This document shows, piece after piece, positions 1-10,000 of a DNA stretch of 33,111 nt. The DNA is from Macrostomum lignano. Lineage: Eukaryota. The first letter of the stretch is position 1. The number at the start of each line of letters is the position of its first letter. The DNA is taken from contig NIVC01004857.1 in assembly GCA_002269645.1 (NCBI GenBank), forward strand, positions 1-33,111, read 5' to 3'. The notes beneath the pieces were generated by a model. That model did no database searches. It worked only from the letters and a program-made list of their open reading frames with translations, and had not been told where the DNA came from. The position numbers were made by a program, and so were the translations under genes.

Positions 1-691
1 TAAGTAAGACAAAGGAAGCAGGAATGTTTTAATTTTAGACTATTTTAGCTATTTAGGTATAACAAAAAGTAAATAAAGTACGCTCGTACTCCTATATATA
101 AAGTAGTATTTACTGAACATCCAACTCATCAAATATTTTAATTAATAATTGAGGCAGAATTTAGTTTTTATGGCTTGTACCTAATAATTTTGTTTAAAGC
201 AATTGATAAAAACAATTAATATCGTATTCGCTGTCTATTGCAGTAATTGCAAGCCACTAAGCTATATTTAATGTGGCTAAAATATTCTAAAATCTTCATT
301 TTCGACGTTGTAGCTGCCACCCTCAGACTGCATGCAGTACCTGATATACATACAGTAGGTCTACGTAAGCCAAGTCGGCCAGAATCTTCAAGATAAGGAT
401 CGCATTGCCTTCAATCTTATGAAAGGCCCATTATTTATCGTATTTGTATATTAACGTCTAATTTCTGGTAAATGGCTAAAATTCTGCATTTCATAAACAA
501 ACCTTCGAGCTAAATTACATTTCAAAATTTAAAAGCGTGCAACGAAAGTTCAACAAAGTTTGCAGAGGCCGGGCCGGTCATAAATAAACACAACAAGGAG
601 TCATAAAAGTGTCAATGCGCTTATTCGTATTTGCTAATGATACATCGCTAAATTTTCTTTGCAAAGTGAAAAGCCACAATCAGAAATACGG

Positions 692-3600
692 ATGCGAGCT
701 GTTTCCAAATTTCTATTGCTTCTGGCTGTTGCGCACACCGCTGCTATCCAAGACTGTGAGTTTGAGTTGAGTTCGGGGGTTTCAACCAAGGCAATAAATT
801 CTCAATCGACAGCTTCATCACTGTTACTCGCAGGCAAAATAGAAATCCGCCGCACGCGCGTTCTCAACTCGTGGCAGTCGTCCTTCGGCAACGGTCCAAC
901 TTGCTTCCACAACAGAACTGAATCGGAGGAAGCCGCTGTGCTCAGCAAGCCCAGCAGCAGCTACAGGTTTTTTCACAGCGGGGACGGCTCGGCAGCAGAC
1001 GGCGGGTTTCACTGGTTCGCAGTGCAGCTGAGTGAGCCACTGCTCATCAGCTCAGTGACCCTGAAGGGCAGAGAATGTGAGTGGCACTGTGATGCAGCTC
1101 ATGCACGCACAGAGCTCGTTCGACTTGATTTTCTCAACTCATTCTAGACGGGAAATCGTTCACTTACTCGAGAACCAGGGGGATCGAAGTCTGGACAGCA
1201 GGAAGCAGCAGAGTGATGCTCTCGGGAGATCACTGCAGCTCCAGGAGCATGAGCAGCCAGTTCAGAGAGTCGCGGTGGTACTGGAGGCTGTGCGGCGTCA
1301 CGGACGGCCAGCAAAGAAGCATCAGGGCTGGTGAGACACTGACGGTGAACTGCACACAGGATGTAAGTGTCTCAACCAGTGCATCAATAAACTGCAGTGT
1401 TCTAATGCTTCTTTTTTGAACAAGTTATTTTTCAAATCCAGGTCCGGTACTTACTGTTGAGGCGTGACGTCAGAACTGCTGATCCTTCCATGACCCACGA
1501 CTTCATGAGCTTCGCAGACCTCAGCCTGCAGACAATGGAGCTGAGTAAGTGCTGCGGATTGGACAGAACATGCTCACCTGGACACAGTTGATAGCAAATA
1601 GCAAAAATTCTGATCACGAAAATGTTCACGAAAATTGGCACGATTCACACCCATAAGGCGCAACCCCCAAGGCACAGAGAATGCCGTCAGCATTATATCA
1701 ATTACTAACTTTGCGAAGTGTCTTCCCCTCGTCTGCAGAAGTGTCTTCCCCTGAAGAGACGGTTAGAAACGACAATGTCTCAGTCAGCTGCTCACTGCAC
1801 TGCAAAGGTACGAAAGTCGACGCGCAGACAAAAAGATTAAAGCTCTGCTCTCCTCGTGGCAGCTGCACAGCTTCCAACGCGGTACACATCCCAGAATCCA
1901 GTCAGAGGACTCAGGAAGTTACACCTGCAAGATTGGTACGGTCAGGAAGACCACCAACCTCACCGTGTATTGTGAGGCGCTCTTCAATAATTTTTCTCGA
2001 AATTATTTTCTTTCGCTTTTCAAACAACGGAAAATCCGAATGAATCCGAATCCGCAGACCCACCAACGAGAGTGGCGGTCTCAGTGCTGAACTCTCAGAA
2101 CTGCCAGAGTTTGACCCATGTGACCGTGCAGTTCACGTCTTCCTCATCGCAGCCCGTGTCTGAGCACAGATGCGACGCCAGAGTTGGAGTCAACTTGTGG
2201 AATCTCACACTGCTACCAGTAGTGCGTGCTCAAAATTGATACAGTACTGACTGACTGACTGACTGACTGACTGACTGACTGACTGACTGACTGACTGACT
2301 GACTGACTGACTGACTGACTGACTGACTGACTGACTGACTGACTGACTGACTGACTGACTGACTGACTGACTGACTGACTGACTGACTGACTGACTGACT
2401 GACTGACTGACTGACTGACTGACTGACTGACTGACTGACTGACTGACTGACTGACTGACTGACTGACTGACTGACTGACTGACTGACTGACTGACTGACT
2501 GACTGACTGACTGACTGACTGACTGACTGACTGACTGACTGACTGACTGACTGACTGACTGACTGACTGACTGACTGACTGACTGACTGACTGACTGACT
2601 GACTGACTGACTGACTGACTGACTGACTGACTGACTGACTGACTGACTGACTGACTGACTGACTGACTGACTGACTGACTGACTGACTGACTGACTGACT
2701 GACTGACTGACTGACTGACTGACTGACTGACTGACTGACTGACTGACTGACTGACTGACTGACTGACTGACTGACTGACTGACTGACTGACTGACTGACT
2801 GACTGACTGACTGACTGACTCACTATTAACTGCAAATGTCGCTGCACTGCAGAGCAAGGACGGTTACGTCAGCAGATGGGTATTTCCTACTGATGACGTA
2901 AAGAGGCTGGATATCAGCAGCGCCATCATCACTTGCTCTGCCGTGCAGAGTTTTCCGAAGGGCATCCGTATTCAGGCTGTCCACACAGACTCAACATTCA
3001 CGAGCTGTTGCAGCGGAAGTCTGGTGTCTACAGTACTGGTGCTCCACATCGCTATGGGATTTTGTTTTGGCTTCATCGCGGCCGCAGCCTCCGCGGCAGC
3101 CATCAGACTCCGAATGCTCAACCGGGTAAGTACACACTCACAATGTGGCTGACATTGTGCACCAGAGGAGGTTGCAGGCAGTTGACGAAACTTCTCGAAG
3201 ATGCTGCGAGTTGTTAGAACCATCAATTTGGATTTCTGTTGCTCATCGATTTCATCAAGACGTCAATTATGAAGTTGCTCGTCCGATTTCATCAAGACGT
3301 CACTTGTGAAGTTGCTAGTCCGATTTCATCAAGATGTCACTTGTGAAGTCGCTCGTCCGATTTCATCAAGACGTCACTTGTAAAGTCGCTCGTCCGATTT
3401 CATCAAGACGACACTTGTGAAGTCGCTCGTCCGATTTCATCAAGACGTCACTTGTGAAGTCGCTCGTCCGATTTAATCAAGACGTCACTTGTAAAGTCGC
3501 TCGTCCGATTTCATCAAGACGACACTTTGAAGTCGCTCGTCCGATTTCATCAAGACGACACTTTGAAGTCGCTCGTCCGATTTCATCAAGACGACACTTT

Positions 3601-3814
3601 GAAGTCGCTCGTCCGATTTCATCAAGACGACACTTTGAAGTCGCTCGTCCAATTTCAGACAAGGCCGGACTCCTGCGGCTCTGCAGGCTGTGCCCGGCGG
3701 CGTCCAACGGCAGGGAGACCGGCCGCAGGGGGACCGGCGGCACCGCAGTCTGCATCTGAGTACGAGAACTCGGAGTACAAGCTGGAGAATGCGACTGGAA
3801 TCTATATTCTGTGA
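692..3814 (+). CDS. Gene A: F-type-lectin-like + Ig-like type I membrane receptor (multi-exon; one apparent 1-nt frameshift)
   Basis: Exons 692-755 (signal peptide MRAVSKFLLLLAVAHTAA), 834-1076, 1148-1362, 1442-1544 (lectin domain: WQSS...FFHS...HWFAVQL...SVTLKGR...IEVW...CG...C...VRYLLLR...MSFADL), 1739-1971 (Ig-like, frameshift at ~1907), 2058-2221, 2853-3125 (TM VLVLHIAMGFCFGFIAAAASAAAI followed by RLRMLNR) and 3659-3814 (tail ending EYENSEYKLENATGIYIL*). All junctions are GT-AG with compatible phases. A small extra cytoplasmic exon near 3166-3210 is possible but unresolved. About 483 aa if the frameshift is repaired. Confidence 0.8.
2246..2820. repeat. Perfect (ACTG)n microsatellite, ~143 units, intronic in gene A
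   Basis: An uninterrupted gact run lying between exons 2058-2221 and 2853-3125. Confidence 0.98.
3238..3658. repeat. 37/36-bp minisatellite, ~11.5 units, in the last intron of gene A
   Basis: Six 37-bp units gaagtcgctcgtccgatttcatcaagacgtcacttgt (3271-3492) are followed by four 36-bp units ending gacacttt (3493-3636). There is a degenerate 5' unit and a partial 3' unit ending at the splice acceptor. No spacers. Confidence 0.95.
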
Positions 3815-4171
3815 TGATGGAGGCTGGTTGGAATACTGCAGGGACTGTGTTTGAGTAGTCCCTGGAATACTGTCTCATCTGTCTGATTGTGATATCACTG
3901 TTACACTTGAAACAGTTTCCAATACATGCATATCACTTTTTTCATACTATCTAAATATTTACTGCAATATCACCTGCATATTCCAACTTAGTACAGGTGT
4001 GAGAGAGAAAACAGTAGCTTAAACTGTCAAAAAAATAATAACCACCTCTTGCTTCGTCTTATGAAAAGTTTATTATCAATAAAATGCTATTGTAAAATTT
4101 AGAAGTTTTTTGAAGTCGTAGGAAACGCAAGGACATAGCATTTGATGCGACAGTCTCGATTGAGCCTCTTT

Positions 4172-4248
4172 AGGAGTCAAGGGTCAGGAGTCAGGAGTCA
4201 GGATTCAGGAATCAGGAGTCAGGAGTCAGGAATCAGGAGTCAGCAGTC
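4172..4248. repeat. (CAGGAGT)n heptamer repeat, short block
   Basis: caggagt units with caggatt and caggaat variants. Confidence 0.9.
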
Positions 4249-4677
4249 AGTGTGGGGTAGGCTGTGTGGGGTAGGCTGTGTGGGGTAGGCTGTGTGGGGT
4301 AGGCTGTGTGGGGTAGGCTGTGTGGGGTAGGCTGTGTGGGGTAGGCTGTGTGGGGTAGGCTGTGTGGGGTAGGCTGTGTGGGGTAGGCTGTGTGGGGTAG
4401 GCTGTGTGGGGTAGGCTGTGTGGGGTAGGCTGTGTGGGGTAGGCTGTGTGGGGTAGGCTGTGTGGGGTAGGCTGTGGGGGTAGGCTGTGTGGGGTAGGCT
4501 GTGTGGGGTAGGCTGTGTGGGGTAGGCTGTGTGGGGTAGGCTGTGTGGGGTAGGCTGTGTGGGGTAGGCTGTGTGGGGTAGGCTGTGTGGGGTAGGCTGT
4601 GTGGGGTAGGCTGTGTGGGGTAGGCTGTGTGGGGTAGGCTGTGTGGGGTAGGCTGTGTGGGGTAGGCTGTGTGGGGT
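4249..4677. repeat. 14-bp G-rich minisatellite (GCTGTGTGGGGTAG)n, ~30 units
   Basis: Near-perfect 14-mer tandem array with one GGGG tract per unit. Confidence 0.97.
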
Positions 4678-4682
4678 TATCG

Positions 4683-4905
4683 TCACATTTTTGCTGCACT
4701 CGGAACACTCGAAAAGAAAGAATTACGGGCAGTCAGTAATTCGGACAAATCGGGACAAATTCGGACAAATTCTGACAAATTCGGACATTATATATTCGGA
4801 CACTACGAGCGCAAAGTTGGAATGGATTCAGCTTCCATTGCTGACACTCTCAAGAGTCTGAGTTCGCTTCAGAACCTGCTTTTTCCCTCATGATGTTGAT
4901 CAACA
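4683..4905. repeat. Diverged direct repeat, copy 1 (copy 2 at ~6088-6310), with an internal 10-bp (TTCGGACAAA)n block
   Basis: Both copies share tcacatttttgctgcactcggaa...gggcagtcagtaattcggacaaa...ctacgagcgc...gcttccattgctg...cctcatgat. Confidence 0.8.
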
Positions 4906-4924
4906 AAAAAGGAGACAAGAGATA

Positions 4925-5686
<762 letters not shown>

Positions 5687-5687
5687 T

Positions 5688-5700
5688 CAGGAGTAAGGAA

Positions 5701-5734
<34 letters not shown>

Positions 5735-5833
5735 ATCAGGAGTCAGGAGTCAGGAGTCAGGAATCAGGAGTCAGGATTCAGGAGTCAGGAATCAGGAGTC
5801 AGGATTCAGGAGTCAGGATTCAGGAGTCAGGAT

Positions 5834-5881
<48 letters not shown>

Positions 5882-5910
5882 ATCAGGAGTCAGGAGTCAG
5901 GAGTCAGGAA

Positions 5911-5984
<74 letters not shown>

Positions 5985-5985
5985 T

Positions 5986-6028
<43 letters not shown>

Positions 6029-6029
6029 T

Positions 6030-6070
<41 letters not shown>

Positions 6071-6078
6071 TGTCAGGA
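5688..6078. repeat. (CAGGAGT)n heptamer microsatellite, ~55 units
   Basis: Tandem caggagt/caggaat/caggatt units. Confidence 0.97.
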
Positions 6079-6087
6079 TTTTTGTTT

Positions 6088-6310
6088 TCACATTTTTGCT
6101 GCACTCGGAAAGATTTAAATTAAGGGCAGTCAGTAATTCGGACAAATCCGGACAAATCCGGACAAAGTCGGACAAATCCGGACAAAGTCGGACAGTATAT
6201 CCGAAACTACGAGCGCTGGGTCGGAATCGAGCTTCCATTGCTGGCACTCTGCCTGAGCTTTCTGTTGATTTGGTTCCTGAACTTCCTCTTTTCCTCATGA
6301 TCAACAGAAC
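6088..6310. repeat. Diverged direct repeat, copy 2 of 4683-4905
   Basis: Same blocks as copy 1, with six 10-bp (t/g)(c/t)cggacaaa units. Confidence 0.8.
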
Positions 6311-6502
6311 AGCAGGTAAGATGGCGAGTTTTTACTAAAAAAGTGCCACAGTTGACTATGTTTAAAATCAAAATTTCATTCACTAAAAATATCTTAGATT
6401 CAACTTCAGCTGTGTAAATTTCAACGCGGCACGGAGTATTCGAGATTGGTAGGCATTCAAATTTTGACATATTACATTAATAAATAATAAATCAAGCTAG
6501 TT

Positions 6503-6844
6503 TTTTTATTAGAGGCAGGGGGTTGTGTGCACCCTGGCGCACTTTAAGCGACATAGGCACACAACCGGCGAGAAGCATTGCTGCCCATTTCGCCGACTCC
6601 GCTGAGCAGGCACACAAGCGCGCGGATACGTACGCAGGCACACACTCACACAGGAGTGTACAGCGGCCCTAACTTTATTTTATCGTTAGGCATGTACACT
6701 CACTGCGCCTTGGGGGGTTGGCTCTCAAGGCCGTTAATTGCACGAGCAGAGCCAAGCCGAGATTCCAATTCAGCCCCAAATTAATGTGACTGCACTTGGA
6801 ATCGAGCCTGGGTCGCTGGCACGCTGGCTACTCCCCCCCCCCCC
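6503..6844 (-). mobile_element. Probable tRNA-derived SINE with a 15-bp target-site duplication
   Basis: The direct repeat taaatcaagctagtt flanks it at 6488-6502 and 6845-6859. On the minus strand there is a B-box-like GGCTCGATTCC (6808-6798) in a tRNA-like context (gacccaggctcgattcc) and an A-rich tail (aataaaaa). Confidence 0.75.
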
Positions 6845-7056
6845 TAAATCAAGCTAGTTACCTTACAGTTTATTTCCAGCTTCCGGTAAAAGGAACTGGC
6901 CCACGGCAGTGTCTATGCGCGATGGCTTGCGACTGCTTGGGGGAACTTCGCACAGGACGAACTTTTGCACAAAAACAGCCGCGGCTGACAATTCTGGACC
7001 CGCACAACTTGGCTGAGAGGCTTGGATTAAGAATTACAGCCTCGTCATCGACACCT

Positions 7057-10000
7057 ATGAAGCTGACTCTGCTGCTACTGCTGCTGCTGGCATTGCTCTG
7101 CGCACGAGCGACTGACACGTGTGAGTTGAGTGCCGGCTTGTTGTAATCGCAGACAGAGAGCACTGCTCATCCCCATTGCTCCAACTTGCAGGCGAGTTCC
7201 CAATTCGTTGGAGCCGCGTGCTGAGCACCTGGCAGTCGTCCTTTGGAATCATCTTTGGAGAACCCACGTGTTTCTACCAACGAAGCAGGTCGCGTGAGGA
7301 TTCCTTACTAAACAATATAAGATACAAATTCTTCCACAGCAAAGGGCAGGGCGAGGCGGACGGCGGGTTTCACTGGTTCGCAGTGCAGCTGAATGAGCCA
7401 GTGCTCATCAGATCTGTGACTGTGAAGGGCAGAGGCGGTGAGTCACTCACTCAAATGCGGGCTCCAAGCCAGCTGTCTCTGCTCACGGTGCTCTCACATT
7501 CCAGATAAAGCATCGCATGTCTTTGAAAGAGCCAGAAGCATTGAGATCTGGACATCAGACAGCAGCAGTCAGCTGTTCTCAGGAGATCACTGCAGATCAA
7601 GGAACATGAGCAGCCAGTTCAGAGAGTCCCAGCAGCACTGGAGACTGTGTGGGGTCACGGAGAGCAACAATTCACAGATCGCGGCTGGGGAGATCTTCAC
7701 AGTGAACTGCGTTGCAGAGGTGAGTTTTGGAGCGAAATCTGGTAACCATCGCAACCGATTTCGCAACACCAACGCAACCACTTCAGGTGCGGCAGTTGCT
7801 TCTGCGAAGAAACGTTACAGCTGCTTCAACTGACCACGGCTTCATGAGCTTTGCGGACCTGCGGCTTCAAACGCTCCCGCTGAGTAAAAGCAGCTGTTCT
7901 CAAATGTTTGCTTCTTTGATTACGCGAAAAAAACAGTTATTGAGCCCTCTAATTTTGTCTGAGATGGGATACTCCCCTTTGCCTGAAGTACTCAAACAAG
8001 AAGATTCTAGCATGTTCCCTTTTACCATTTAGCCTGTACAGTTGTAAGTTTTTCAACCGAGACTGCTAGGGTAGATTTATCAGTGCTTGATTGATCCAAA
8101 CATCTCGCTTTCAGACATTTCAAGCCCTCAACTGGTGGCAGAGCAGTCCAGCTTTGAAGTTCGCTGCTCTCTGCAATGCGATGGAGCTGATCACCTGAGT
8201 ACACACTCAGCCAAGTTGCAGCTGTGCTCACCAAACGGCAGCTGCACCGTCAGGAACCAGCTGAAGGTCGACAGAGCTCAGCCATCGCACTCTGGAGTTT
8301 ACACCTGCAGAATTGGCTCGATAAATCAATCGTCTTCAATCACAATCCTATGTGAGAGCCTGATGTAGTTTGAGTTTGCTCTTATTAGTTCCTTAAATAT
8401 TAACCTGCCTGTCACAGTTAAAATGTTCCTGTAAATTAAATATAGACAGCTTTTAATACGGAGACCTTGATCATGCCATTTCGTATCGCATTCCAGCGTC
8501 ATCACCAAACCAAGTGGTTGCTGAGAACTCCAGCCTCACGCTGAACTGCACTCTGCACTGCGGAGGCGGCGATGCAGCTCAGTGCGCAGACTCCGCTGCT
8601 GTCGGACAGCTGCTGCTGTGTCGCCCCAACAAGACCTGCACAGCACAGACGAGTCTGCAGATCCCAGCGGCAACTGCAGCACAATCGGGAGACTACAACT
8701 GCAGCATTGGACAGGTGGTTGCTGTCACAAGTGTGGCTGTTCTCTGTGAGTAGCAGCTTTGCACCTGAGTGGTCAGTCACTGTCTGCATGTACATCGCTG
8801 ACAAATGAAGTCATTCCTGTTTGTTATTTTACAGCTGCAACGCCGCATCAAGTGGTCCCTGAGGGCTCCAGTCTCAGCCTGGGCTGCGTACTGCATCATG
8901 CGGGCTCAGCTGATTTCCGCCAGCCTCAGCTGTGCTACCCGAACGGCAGCTGCTCAGCTGAGAGCTCGATAAGCGTTGCCAGTGCCAGGCCATCGAACTC
9001 CGGTCTCTACAGGTGTCGGCTCGGCTCACTGGAAATACCGTCACTTGTTGCTGTGCTGTGTAAGTTGCTCAGATCATCTTACACTTTCTTGCACTCTCAG
9101 TTTCTGAACAAGAACTGATCAGTTTCTCTGTGGATCAGTAAGTGATCAGTCTCCAGATTCATTCTTGTACAAAAGTAAGAGTTTCTCTACTGACAAGTGT
9201 AGCATGCTTAAGCAGGCAGTTCGGGCACCTATAGTTTGCACTCCGTGACCCCCACCCAGCCTATCCACTTCCCTCTGCTCGAGCACATCCCAACGCGCAC
9301 TCAATGAACTGGTAATCTGTGTTCTACCAGACAACACTCGTTAATATACAGACACAGCCACATTCTATTTCTCCACCGTTTTGAGTGGCTAACTATGCAC
9401 TCGCAACAACCAGCTAGAGTTGCTCGCTACAACAAGTAGAAAGCAATGAGTGTGGCGATTTATTCCTGCATGCAAGGCAAAAAATGTGACCAAGTAAGAG
9501 AGCAGAGTTCTGGTAGGAGTTCCGACTTGAGCTTGGATGAAGACGTATGAGTATGAACATGATCAGAAAAATCCATCTCAGGGTCGATATTCTACTCGTA
9601 CTTTTAAGCAGCTGTGCACTCCAAGTGGGGACTGCCGACACAATCAGCAGATCCACATTGCTCATGTGAAACATCTGTCAAAATTACTTCAAGTCGCTGT
9701 TCTGAGTGAGTCATTGATTAGCTTAAAATGCTTTCACTAAAGATGGCAAGGATGCATTCGATAGGACACGGAGATTTTTTCCACCAAGAACTTCCATTTC
9801 AATAGAATAGAAATAGGCTCAGTTTGAATAAATTTATGTATCTGAAATTTATTAAATTCCCAGCTTCATCTCCGAGCCAGAAAGTTTCCGAAAACGCAAG
9901 CTTCACCGTGAGCTGCTCTCTGCACTGCGGAAATGCATCGCAATGCTCAGACCGTCCACTGGGTGGCGACCTCCGGCTGTGCCCTCCGAATGGGAGCTGC

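Noticed and set aside
1-10. taagtaag at the window start as a LINE tail
   Set aside because: Only two units, and the upstream context is outside the window.
659-1147. Single-exon 162-aa ORF
   Set aside because: It is a read-through of exon 1, a 78-nt in-frame intron and exon 2. Paralogues show the same splice positions.
2213-2857. Long SQSV ORFs
   Set aside because: They are translations of the (ACTG)n microsatellite.
3238-3658. 36/37-bp repeats resembling a CRISPR array
   Set aside because: The units are head-to-tail with no spacers, lie in a spliceosomal intron, and have no cas genes nearby.
4240-4708. PHSLPHTAYPTQPT mucin-like ORFs
   Set aside because: They are translations of the 14-bp minisatellite with no splice or coding context.
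7431-7506. RGD integrin-binding motif in lectin B1
   Set aside because: It occupies the R-x-D position of the F-type lectin motif and is not conserved as RGD in the paralogues.
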